From NCBI GenBank assembly GCA_965649825.1, contig OZ287702.1, positions 1,230,786-1,294,785 of the forward strand: a DNA stretch of 64,000 bases, in the 5' to 3' direction. This DNA comes from Penicillus capitatus. Taxonomy: Eukaryota > Plantae > Chlorophyta. The position numbers and the translations under genes are program-made. Below the pieces are notes generated by a model. The model searched no databases. It was not told the origin of the DNA and was given only the letters and a program-made list of their open reading frames with translations. Below, piece after piece: positions 12,068-23,521 of the stretch; positions within the stretch are counted from its first letter, which is position 1; each line of letters begins with the position of its first letter.

Positions 12068-15000
12068 ATGACTTCCAGAACTCTGACGCTTGTTTTGTTG
12101 TTCTGCCTTTCCCCTTTCGGCTCCTGCAAACCACACAGGTTGTTATCTCTCTGTTCGCGGCATCTGTTAATACCGCATTGTACATGTAGTGCACAGCAAA
12201 TCGGATACGTCCCTCGTCAAAGAACGTGTCTATCCACGACGCTGGCAGTCAACGAATTTTGTCGCCGTTCGCGTCTGTCGCGAAGTTCACTGAAATGCAT
12301 TGAGAAGTCTTCGAGTGCTTTCGTCTTCGAGGTACCACCCCTATCCATTGACTGTATCCGCAAAAGAGAGGCGATCAATACCGCCGCGTTGTCGTTTAGA
12401 TTCCCTCTCGGAAACCCAGAGCTGCAAAATCGATTAAGGAAGCGGAGAGATTGGCGGCTGATGTGAGGGCGCGCGTTGGATGCGACTTTCTCTTTTACGG
12501 AGCGAGAAATGTCGTCGTCGACGGAGAGGAAATCCGCCAGTCGCCGAACAGCTTCCGTTTGCAGCCGGCGGTTCCTTTCCACCTTGATCGAATCGACCAA
12601 CCTGCCTTGCCCACCAATGGGGAGTTTGTCTGGAATGCGACAGGGCAGCGTGTGACCGTTTTTATAGTGGCTTCCGTAAGGCAGTCCATCTCTTGTGCTT
12701 GTTCGGTTGGACAGCATAAATCAGGGTATTCTGAAAGAACATGAAGAATTCCGCTATGGAAAGGAAAACGGACAACGCGTCTTCGTCGGTGCAGTGGGTC
12801 CGCAACAGCGAACGAGGAACTGTCTCGAACACGGCACACAGGTGAAACTGCTACAGCGTTACTGACGTCCTGTCTGGGTACTCGTGCATAGGTCGCGAGT
12901 GTCGTTGCAGGTAACCTTCTAGGCGTCGCAAAAGAGGCGACTGTCATCGACGTCTCCGTTTTGCCATGTCCTCGCAGAAGGAAAGATACGAATCCGACAC
13001 GTGCGTCGCATGCCGCCATGTATGCTGTATGCGTAAGGCCTTCTGCTTCCAGTCTCGATTCTGGCCGGATTGAGATTTGTCGAAGAAAACGCGGCAGCTT
13101 CGCGTCCTGCGATTCTTCTCTTGCCTTTTCACGTGGATGGCGTCGATCCAGGTATTGAGGACATGATTTCACGTGTACATGAAAACGGCATCTTCGTCGT
13201 TGCCTCAGCCGGCGACAAAACAGGCAAGCAGCAGGTCCTCTGACGCTCTTTCTGTTGAACAAGCGCTTGTCGTCATTAGGGTTTTGTACATGTACCCCTG
13301 CAAGAATGAGATCGGTCTTCGCCGTTGGCTCAACGGATGAACGTGACCGAGTCCTCTACCGAAACAATCAACAGTCATGCATCAACGTGTATGCTCCCGG
13401 GACGAAAATAACAGCCGCCAGTGCCAGATCCAAAAATGCGACGAGGTCCTTACCCTCGTCTCCGACGCATCTCGGTTATGCGAGGGAGCACCAGCGTGTG
13501 ACAGATTTGTCAAAGGAACGGCTTTTTCTGCCGCCGAAGTCGCAGGTGTCGCAGCGACAATACTCGAAAAGGAACCAGATTTCAATCCTCTTCAACTGCG
13601 AAAGCACATACTACAGAACTACACAACGTCGATTGGAAAAGAGGTAAGGAAGTCTCTTTCTTTGACGACATTGTTTTCTGTCCTTGTGTAGAAAACTCCA
13701 TTGATACAGTCACTGTCCTCAGCAGAACGCGATCAGATCTCCACGGGACAGTTGGTGGCTGCGAAGACGCGTATAATGCCTCTTCCGGGTCTTGTTGTCC
13801 ATCCAAAACGCATTCCAACAGTCCATCTCTTTAAGAACACGGCAGAAAGCTCCAGTAAACCACAAAGCACGTTTTCTGAGGAGCTCATTCGCCGATTCCA
13901 GAGATACTGACTCTGCGCATCGCAAACTACCGGAATGGAGAGTTGTCCTGGCGTGTTCATTTCAGAAGCATTCATGCAGATGATTCCCTCGAGTGGATGA
14001 CCACAGAACGCATTAATGGGACGTTGCGGGACGGAGAGAGTACCAGGCTGGCCGTAAATCTCTCGTCTGCGCTTGACAGGCCTTGTCTCAAGCAAGGATT
14101 TATAGTGGTGCACTCGAATGATCCAACACTCTACGAGTACTGCTCTGTCGATAGACATCTGTTCGTAGCGACATGCCTTTGTGGCAGGCTTCAGATTCCA
14201 ATCGAAGTGGTTATCTACTGTGAGCGCATGTTCATGTCTCACCCTCAATACGAAATGTCGATAGAGAACGCAACCTTTTCAGACAGAAGACCAACGTCGT
14301 GGGCTCCGCCAGCTCTGGAAGGTTCGTTTCGACAATCGTCCTTTCTCTGAAAATCGCCAATATCACTTGTGTGACAGAAAAGAGTGATCTCCTGTACATG
14401 GAAGCTATTTTGAGTCTCTCTCCATCGGTTGCAAACTCGGACGTGTCAGAAGTGAATGCCGACAGTGCGTTGTCTTCAGCAATTCGATGCCATCTCACTC
14501 AGTGCGATGCTTTGAGGACCGTCGAATCTGGAGGAGATGTTCCTGCTGAATGACGAGAACTGTGGCAAATACGTCATAAGAATGACGCGTCCCAGGTTGA
14601 GTGAATGGGATGGCGAGAATGTTTTCTGCCTCTTCATCATGGACAACACGGTTTTCGACATCAAGGGAAGACCATTCCCAGAACAGAGAGCCTGCGTTGC
14701 CTTCGCTGCCAAGTTCAATTCAATAACTTCGTTTGCGCACACTTCAGCAGATATCTCTGTGATGCGCAGACCGCAAAGTCGGTTCTACGGCACTTTTCTC
14801 TCTGTTGGTTATAGCACCGTTCCTATGACGATGGATTCAGACGTCCTGCTGATGTTGGCCTTTTCTGAACGCGTCGAGGGATTCCACGACTCTCTGGTGA
14901 AAGTGAGAATCGGACAGTCACGCGTTGTTTGGACGTCAGTGGTGACAGGTGAGCAAAGGAAAAGTGGTCTCCATTTCGCCAGCGCTACCGACAAAGACAC

Positions 15001-15225
15001 TCTACTACGTCCAAATCTGGATTCCAGAAGACTACTTTGGATTCGTTTCCGTTTCCCTCTCCAAGGAAGGCATCGTCGACGCAACAGGTTCGACAACGAC
15101 TGCCCATCCTCCTCAGGGCAATGACGCATTGCGCCCTTCTAGGCAATGGACTTGTGAAAGAGGTAACACTCACGTTCGAAAGAGTACGTCACGTCGCGGT
15201 TCTACCAACTGCAGTGCAATTCTGA
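12068..15225 (+). CDS. Secreted subtilisin-like (S8A, proteinase K/aqualysin-type) pseudoprotease with C-terminal Ig-like domains (multi-exon)
   Basis: Signal-like MTSRTLTLVLLFCLSPFGSC. Spliced exons give PFHLDRIDQ, VTVFIVAS|GILKEHEEF, NCLEHGTQ|VASVVAGNLLGVAKEA, GIFVVASAGD, VFAVGSTDERD...SCINVYAPGTKITAA, and R|FVKGTAFSAAEVAGVAA. C-terminal exons contain HSNDP...IPIEVVI and LAFSERVEGF...IVDAT|GN. The stop at 15225 depends on a predicted final intron. Confidence 0.85.
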
Positions 15226-15310
15226 AGACCACAGTAGACATAACGAACAACCTGTTCTGAGTATTCAAATGAAATCTGCCAGTTAAGAAGTGTTTGCTGT
15301 TATTCCTTGT

Positions 15311-17571
15311 TTACAAAAACGATGTCTCCGGTTCGTCTTCAACCGACTGCGTTTCGAGTTCGAATGGCAACCGCACGTTGTCGACCAGATAAATCACAGA
15401 ACTGCATGCCACGATGATCTTCGTCACAACAGTGATTTCAGCATCGCCCTGTCCTCTCAACGCAACTCCAATTGAATTGGAGAGACTTCTAACAACGGAG
15501 AGCTGCATCGTCTTTCCCTACGGGTGCTTGGTTTTATCAAAAAGTGCCGAATGAAAGGACGGGTTACTGACGTCGATGGACAGAGCCGTTGGGAATTTCC
15601 TCCCATGTCGAAGCGATCTGAGAGTGAGAGGCCTCGTCACCACGTGATAGTCGACAATTTTTTCGAGAACTGCTGGATCTGTGAGCAGTGCTGATAGTCT
15701 CCTGTTTTCGAGATCGACGAAAAGAGAGTAGAACGCTGCGTCCGTCGGCGCAAAGAGAGTGATGGCGAGATCTTCGTCTGCAAACTGGGGAATGCGACCT
15801 GCAGTGCGAACGACATCGTTCAAGACACGCAAATCGCTGTTCTGTGCCAAAACGTGTGCAACAGACGTACACGCCTCATGTGTATCGTCACTGTTGGGGC
15901 GCATGGTATCTCCATCGGCGACTGAACTCATTGCCGACCGGATCGCGTCCCCCACATCGAACGGCAGTAACGCCATGTCGATCTTATGGACAGCACCATC
16001 ACAGGCGTCATCCACATCCGTCTCGATCACGTTTGCGCTGCTACCGATGCCGGCGATATCGATTCCCCCTTTTCCTGCCGCAACGACCAGATGTTCGCCG
16101 TTCAGGGTGGTGAGGGCGCCATCTATCAACGCAGCGGATTCGAGATTCTGTCGGACGACGTGGTAGTGCACTACATGTTTCAGCATATCCCTATCGTCAG
16201 TGGGTACTTCAACACTATGGCTTGAACAGAATGGAAGCTGGACCTGTCGCGACGAAGCTGTGGATAGTCGACGCCGACTTTGCCCAACCCTGTCTCAAAT
16301 GCTGTGTTCGTCGGAGCAAACACGGTGAAAGATGTCCGTCCTCCTCGGATCGTCGAACCCAGACCCGTGTCTTCCAATGCTCTAGGCACATTGCACGTTT
16401 GAAGATCTTCTTCTCTGCAAGCGATTGGCTTACTGGAGAAAGATTGAGAGATCCTCATGCTGTGCGATGGCGCCGAGAACGTTGCTCTCTGGATCGCAAT
16501 CGCGTGTTTTTATGGACAGTTCCGACGGGCTCTCGAGGACGAGGCGGATTTCATCGAGCGTTGTTCCAGGCAGTAACACGTTGTCGACTGTGTAAATGAC
16601 CGAGCTGCAGATCTTGACGCCACCGTCGAGAATGGTGGCCGAAGAGCCAATACCGTCGATCTCGTATTCGCTTGAGCCAAAGAGCTCTTTCCCCGGGACA
16701 GGAGTGGGGAACGAGAACGTGCTCGCCAATTCATTCGCATTCTTGATTTCGAAGGGCACGATGTGGTACTGCAAAACCTCTTTCAACTTCTCAGGATAGT
16801 TTTCGACAAGAGCATCGAGCGGCATTTCAAAACCTGCTGCCGCGTTTACAATTGCCTGCGACAGGAGCTCGACACTCGAAGATCGCGCAATGAAGAAGGG
16901 ACCTCATCAATCGGCGCAAAGAGCGAGATCGATGCATTCCTCTGTTGCAGTGTCTCTTCCAGACCGACGGATCGCGCGATGGTGAGCAGCAGTGTGAACT
17001 GGGAGGCGTTTGAGAGTTCGTCTAATAAAGATGTCGGGCACTCCCCCGTATCTCGATCGGAAAGGACTTCGGTCAAGCGTGCGTCTTTTCTCTGGCGAGG
17101 CACCTCGGTTTCTGCCGAGGCACATGCCAGATATTTTTCGCCGTCCTCACAATGGCAGTGGTCACATGCCTGCGCACAGTCGTTTCCATTTCGCATCCAC
17201 CGACGGTCACAGTTCGCGTGTGTTATCTACAAACCAGGAAGAAATCTGTGCAGAAACGTGCCTTGGATGATATTTACGACTTCGTCGCAACTTCGTCTGT
17301 GAGGTGGCAAGGCATCCAAGCAGGCGTGCTTCTGTTGACTCACCATCTGTCTCGCTATGCATCAGAATCGACATTTGATTCGAGGGCCTGTCGGTTCTCG
17401 GGTACCGCAAGCGATCCAGATGTAGAGTAGGACACACAGTGGGATCTTCATTGCAGGAAGGGTGTATCCGATATCGCCAATCGAATTCGCGATAAAGAGG
17501 CACCAGGAAAGAATGGGAAATCTGTGATCACGGGTACGATAGTGACCACTTTCTCTATAGCGACGGCGCAT
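15311..17571 (-). CDS. Fasciclin (FAS1) domain protein with three FAS1 repeats (multi-exon; 5' end uncertain)
   Basis: H1 motifs SLFAPIDE, TVFAPTNTAF and TLFAPTDAAF. YH motifs LQYHIV, VHYHVV and VDYHVV. H2 motifs IYTVDNVLLP, VHKIDMALLP and IYLVDNVRLP. A hydrophobic N-terminal segment lies near 17400-17570. Confidence 0.88.
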
Positions 17572-18599
17572 AGGAAGACACACTTAACGTCGCTTCACTT
17601 CAGACGGAACGGTGACGTGACAATTAAACGACGTCTTTGACGTCGTGTTCGCTAATTCGTCTACGAAGCCATTTTCTCTCCGTAGTCGTCAACACAAATC
17701 GCGGATGATGACTATAATCGAGTCGCTCTTCTCTTTACTGATTCCCTCCTTCCGCTTGCACTGCTTAAACACTGACTGGTATCGTTGACGTGTTCTGTAA
17801 GCGATATAACGTTAACGGGCTTTTGGCAGCAACAGTTCACGATACGATGTGAAGCGATAACTGTATTTCGAAATAACAGCGACTCAAAAACCTTATGAAG
17901 CCAGTCACGCAAGCTAGAGCTTCAAGCAGACAGACGTGCATAAGCTAACTCGTCATGAAGGAATGCAAACGGTACTCAAGATAAGTTCGCAACCTTGAGG
18001 GCACAATCATCGTGGGAATCGTTATCTATCTCTAAAACGAAACTCGTCCAGAGGCTTTAACGAACAGCTGACGTTTACCAAGTTCAGTGACTCTTCTAAT
18101 AAGCAAACTTTGATGCTGAAAACTCTGTCTGGTATAAATATTAAACTTACACCATGACGGTAACCGACTTTTGATCCAGATCTCTCATTGCATGGCAGAA
18201 TTTCTTTCTCTGCGTGGCGTATGCATGGATCATCCTGAAATCGAAATTTGCACTTCAATTCCATGCAAATAACTTTGTTTAGACACGTATTTCGTTCGCT
18301 GAGAATCGCAAACACCGGATCTTCTAACTCTTACACTTCGCTCTATATGTCTTAGGTATTAAGGGCAATTTGAGTTCTTAAGATCTTTTAAAGCCGCTGT
18401 TCAGACTAATGTCGAAGTTCTTCGATTCTTTTCCTCGTACTGGTTTAGAAACGATGGTGTAAATGTCTCGTTCTTCGTCTAATGTTCACGTTTCATCATT
18501 CCGTTTGGACTTCGAAATGTCCAAAGTTCGTCAGTCCACTGTTAGAATCAAAATTACCAAACTATTTCCACGGAAATCCCGTTAATAAAAGATCGACTC

Positions 18600-19790
18600 T
18601 ATGGTTCTCGAACAACAAACCCACAGACTGTTAAATGCTCTTATGTCGCGTCCACTATTCGTAGGAATATGGGATGCAGATATTGCAAGACGGCGTTACA
18701 TGCATTACAAGTATCGTAAAATATCCTCTTTTGATTGCTCTCAAATAATCCAATCTATATACCATCTACAATATCAACAACTGATAAAAATCTCAAAACG
18801 ACTACTATCAAGATATTGAATGTTGTTTAAACAATCACAAGTATGTGCCATAGTCAAAACATAAAATCCGTTTGGCTGTAGATGTTACTCAATAAAACAG
18901 TGTAGAGAATGTAACGTTAGTTTTCATACAAACGACACCGCGTAGTTCTTTTTAAATAAAACATCAAGGCTGTCTGTTCTTACCAAGATGACAACAAATG
19001 GAGACAGAGAATATCCCATTGCTAGGCCTTTGACTTGTTCATAGTATGCAAATCCGCTTCTGGTCTTGGTCTTTGTGATGACACCGGCTAATGCGTATTA
19101 AAAAATCTTGATCAAGATCATTTGCCACTCTTTCTCTGGTATCCATCCTGCAAAGTCTATCAGGTATTTCTAGTCAAGAGTGGATTATCATTGACTCTCC
19201 ATCTTCAATAGCAAGCTACTGTATTGCGTCCCTTGCATGTGCTGTTTCCAGAATGTCGAAATCTAACGTCCATGGGAAGATAAATGTGCTAACTACTGAT
19301 TAATGGTTCTTGTTAATGTCGAAAACCTTGTACTAGTGGTCTGGTTGGTAGGTATTAAAGCTTTTTCTTAAGTATCTTGTGTACTTTGGGCATTGCATAC
19401 AGCTCCGCTGCAACGTCGAGCAGAAGAGGCTCCTAGCGGTCTGCAGGAACTACCATAAGCACCAATGTCTTCGGCTTCAGGAGCTTCCCAAACATGGAGA
19501 ACAAGTTTGAAAGCGCGCGCGGTCATCAATGGATGTTCGTTTGATTTTCTTCACGATCATCAACGCCATTCTGCCTTGTTCGCAGATGATTTGTCCGGCT
19601 TTTGTCGTTGACATAGGAAAACAAGTACCCGCGTCATGATGATCTCAGCAATCATTGCGTCGCAGTAGCTCTTGTGGATGGACACTAAGATAAGTATATC
19701 ACACTTTCTAGCGTTGTACACGCTTACACCGATAATCAGGCTCTTATTCATTGCGTACGCTGTAATTGTCCGTGATGGCAACGTTCACAG
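18600..19790 (-). mobile_element. Degenerate Penelope-like retroelement, reverse transcriptase remnant
   Basis: Minus-strand fragments are collinear with PLE RT motifs: NKSLII...LILVSIHKSY (about 19650-19750), LYAMPKVHK...PTRPLV (about 19340-19400; compare LYGLPKIHK..PlRPIV), YYEQVKGLAMGYSLSPF (about 18995-19050; compare FYEQxxGLAMGSPLSP) and IQYLD (about 18810-18825). Many stops and frameshifts, AT-rich. YxDD is not recognisable and no GIY-YIG domain was seen. Confidence 0.75.
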
Positions 19791-20685
19791 AAGGCACACT
19801 CGCTGCATATAGACCTTGGGTTAGGATTCTCTAAGGTATCTTGAACTACTTCTGTGTTCTTGGCTGCAAGAAAATTCCGCAAAACAAATGCGTACGTTCA
19901 AGTCAGACAGTGTTCTTGACGTTTGTCTTGGCATGGACATTCCACAAATATGAGATCATGAGGTTAGACGTAACGCTTACTCTGCGCCCAACAAGCTGCG
20001 ATATTTCTGATGAATCTTTTAAATTGATTGTATGAATGGGAAGGTATTTCGCCTTGTTAAAGAACGACCCTTAAGAAATCGATTTGTCTTGCAGTGTGTC
20101 GATCTTTACAGGCACGCGCAACTTATGATTGTTCTCCATAATGAGTCGCCAACGTCTAAAGGATTGTATAAAACGGCTTGGCAGAATAGGTGATGTTAAA
20201 GAAACCGCACAGACGCCATCATCGCCACTAAGAAGCCATCCCTCTACCAGCGATCCTTATCATACCCGACACACCTTTTATAGCATTCATTGTGAAGACC
20301 AACCCAGAGGTTGACGCTTATCACGAGAAATCTGTAGCAATAGTTGTGAAAAATTCCCTCCGACAGCCTCGCCCTCCAAGTCCCTTGGGAAGTGCTCGGC
20401 ATGGACACGTATCCCCCATCGCTTTGCACGGCGGGGGAGACAACGACGGGGAGAGTGAGTGCCTGAATCATCTCCAGGTTGGTTACTCTCACAAGCACAG
20501 CGGGAGTCTTGAGGTAAGATGATGATATTCAAGGATATCGGAGGCCACGCCAAAAGTTACAGCGATGAGACAGCTTGTTACGACGACGATAGACAGCGAG
20601 CGTTTTGACAAACAGAAACAGATTGTATGTGATTCACAGACACAAGTATAAACTCAGATGTCAAGCGTAAAAAGATTCATGTGCC

Positions 20686-20833
20686 TGTTGGATCAGGAAA
20701 CGTCACTGTCGAATGACAAGACGTTTACCTATATTACGACGTACTGAGCACCTGTAAAGAATACCCGTCTGGCTCTTCTCGCACCGCGGCCTCTAAGCGC
20801 TCGGACCAATCGCCGACCCTATCGGTCCTAACA
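20686..20833 (+). repeat. 5' LTR of TRIM (148 bp)
   Basis: Base-for-base identical to 21388-21535, with TG...CA termini. Confidence 0.95.
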
Positions 20834-20835
20834 AC

Positions 20836-20847
20836 TGGTTTCGGAGC
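20836..20847 (+). promoter_or_regulatory. Primer binding site, tRNA-iMet-like
   Basis: TGGTTTCGGAGC is a 10/12 match to the canonical iMet PBS TGGTATCAGAGC and sits directly after the 5' LTR. Confidence 0.7.
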
Positions 20848-21375
20848 AGGTCGTTCTTGGGGTCGCGTTTGGGAGCGTTGGTGTCGAAGGCCGCTGCAGA
20901 TCCGTTTTGTCAGAGATTCGTCGACTGGCTCGGAAGTCGTGCGCCGTTTAGTTTAGAGAGTCTCGACTGTCTGATCTAGTTTTCTGAGTCCGTATCCGTC
21001 GTTTGTATCGTTTCCGTGAAAGTTCTGGTCTTTATCTGTGACAAGACGAAGCGAGAGGCGAGTGACAGTGCCTCGGAAGCGTAAGAGCCGAAGGCTGTGG
21101 ATGGTGATTCCCACAGAGGGAGAAGCATGGGAGCGTTGAGGAGTGACGCACATGGCTCGACTCCTGGCCAGCTGGCGTTTCGAGTACCAAGTAGTGTCCG
21201 ACGTAGAAGCCGAAAAGAACCGTTAGAAGATCGACGCGCCGATTTCAGCAGTCGTATTGGGTCGACATTAGGATTTCAAGCAGAAAGAGTCGGGGCCTAA
21301 CTACATTGTGTCCTATCCACTATTCTGTCGTTTCAAGGACTTTGTCTCAAGAGAGACTGTCTGTTGTTTATTGAT

Positions 21376-21386
21376 GGGGGGAGGGG
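21376..21386 (+). promoter_or_regulatory. Polypurine tract of TRIM
   Basis: GGGGGGAGGGG ends 1 nt before the 3' LTR. Confidence 0.85.
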
Positions 21387-21387
21387 T

Positions 21388-21535
21388 TGTTGGATCAGGA
21401 AACGTCACTGTCGAATGACAAGACGTTTACCTATATTACGACGTACTGAGCACCTGTAAAGAATACCCGTCTGGCTCTTCTCGCACCGCGGCCTCTAAGC
21501 GCTCGGACCAATCGCCGACCCTATCGGTCCTAACA
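21388..21535 (+). repeat. 3' LTR of TRIM (148 bp)
   Basis: Identical to 20686-20833. Confidence 0.95.
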
Positions 21536-22126
21536 TGCCCGACCCTCGCTTGGATGCTCAATCCCTGATGTGATAACAGGAAAAACATATGAAGTTCAAG
21601 AGTGAGTTCCCACTGAGATTCTAGAAGCTTCCACGGAACTTCAGCAAGAACTTCACAAGAGCTCACTCCTAGTCATCCTGGTTCATGCCAATTCATCGCG
21701 ACTCGGCGGTGACGGTTAAGTCGCAGCTAGAGGCACGCGAAACACAAACTGACGGAAATGCCTATTATTACAACGACGTCCCATCAGCGTCCTTTCAGAA
21801 ACGCACCATACTTTGACATGGATGCAGCCGTCTTCCCGTTGTGCGAACTCCGAACAGTCAGCGGAGCAAAAAGAACGAACCAACCCAAACACAGTCTAAA
21901 ACGTAGAAGAACAGAAAAGAAAGTCCCTTGGGTGTGTGAGACTCGAATGCTCGAGGGTCAAGGACCCCGACCCTTGTGGTTTCCTCCTGGCTAAGGGCCA
22001 CATTGATTCTGTCCTTTAAATGCTATGGTCAGAAAATGGCTAGAAGAGATGACTGAGCCTAAGAGACAAATGACAGAAGAGTAATGATGACTGTAAAAAA
22101 ACAAACAAACTAACCTGTAAAATTCT

Positions 22127-23010
22127 TTAGGTACGTTGCGATTGGTTTTCCCACATGCGATTCAAAAATGACTCGGTCATTTGGCCAAGTTTTCGACGGC
22201 TGGGAAATGCAGCGGACAGCCTGCCTATCAGGCTTCCGTACCTATGGTTCAAAGAGTGAGAACTCTTGGGAAACAGGCGAAAAGGACGCATGACCTCCTT
22301 CTCTAACCTGGTTTCCACCTTGTCCACCGCTACTTCGAATTCGAGAGTGTCCTCTTCTAACCCGAGCTTCATTCTGGCATGCGTGTATCCCATGATGGCG
22401 CTGGTCCTCCCTCACTGCGGATTGTATACTCGTCGAAGCCAGGGGAGACGATCCATGCACGCTTCGAATTCTCAGGCCGAGGAGTTTGGCAGTGGTTCGA
22501 CCCATTACATTTCTAGGAAGCTCGGGGTTCATGAAGAAACAATGCGGAAGAGCAAGTTCCCCGAGCTCCTCCGCGGCAATGTATCGAGGTCCCGGGGGTC
22601 AGCGCGTTGCAGCGAGAGGTGGCGGAAGGGCTCGTGCTGAGGACGAAGATGGTTCACGGGGCTCAGGCTCTTGTGACCGTGGGGGCAGGGGGATTCGTAT
22701 CCCTTGACGGGAGTGGTTGAGCCGTGTAATGACCACCCTGCCGTTCTGACCATCGGACACAACGGGTGATAGCTCCCGGTGAAAGATACTAATAACAATA
22801 AGGCAGTGATCACTGAACGTGAGTTGTAGTTTGCGACTGTTGGATGCATAGGTTGGCGAACCCTGAACCACGAAGGGTATTTAAAGCGGACATTCTCCCT
22901 GTAAATATCTCGAGTTCTTTGGTGGTATCATCTAGGTGTTTTCTGTCGTCGTTGTGTGTTCTTTGAATTCCAAGTACTATAACGTTGTTACATCGATTTC
23001 CAAAACGCAT
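22127..23010 (-). pseudogene. Decayed coding relic of unknown origin, possibly TE-derived
   Basis: ORFs 22599-22871 and 22242-22532 are in the same frame with one TGA between them. Flanking ORFs 22810-23010 and 22127-22393 are in shifted frames. No family recognised. Confidence 0.3.
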
Positions 23011-23521
23011 GCAAATATAAACCGGTTAAGTAGTCAAAATACCACATCACATCTCCGCTAGAGTCTTCTCTGCCTTGCACCCACGCTTCTCGACACAACA
23101 ACGATCCATCATATCAAGAACTTGCGCCTCGAAACGATCCATCGCTTTAAGACAAACATGATCAAACATCCCATCCGCCGCTTTTTGAATACGCGTCGGG
23201 GAAACGAGGCATAAATACTCTCTCCACCGCTGTTCAAACCCAACGATGGTTCATGTTAGTATATCGTCATAAACAAAACGTGGTAAACATTGCTACGACT
23301 TTCAAAGGTCCTAAAGATTCACTATTATTAATGTAGCATCTCTTAACCGCTCTGTAAAACGAACGGATCCACAGTGGAAGGTTATTAGCGGACTATCCCC
23401 GTAAAAGGCGCTCTCCTTCGACGATTGTGTTGTAACGCTGAAATGTAAAAGCTGTCCGTGGTGATGTTAAAACGGCAGGTAGGAAATGTTCTTTAATTCC
23501 AAAGCGGCAACCGCTATGATC

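Larger units (their letters stand above)
20686..21535 (+). mobile_element. Non-autonomous miniature LTR retrotransposon (TRIM), full length
   Basis: Two identical 148-bp LTRs with TGTTGG...CTAACA ends, a 4-bp TSD TGCC (20682-20685 and 21536-21539), a PBS 2 nt after the 5' LTR, a polypurine tract just before the 3' LTR, and a 554-bp internal region with no recognisable gag or pol. Confidence 0.93.

Noticed and set aside
20007-20040. CTGATGA core near the Penelope relic, a possible hammerhead ribozyme
   Set aside because: A short stem can form but the required GAAA after stem II is absent.
20686-21535. 148-bp direct repeat read as a CRISPR array or an assembly duplication
   Set aside because: Only two long copies, with TG..CA ends, TSD, PBS and PPT, which identify an LTR element. 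No CRISPR array or cas gene was seen anywhere in the window.
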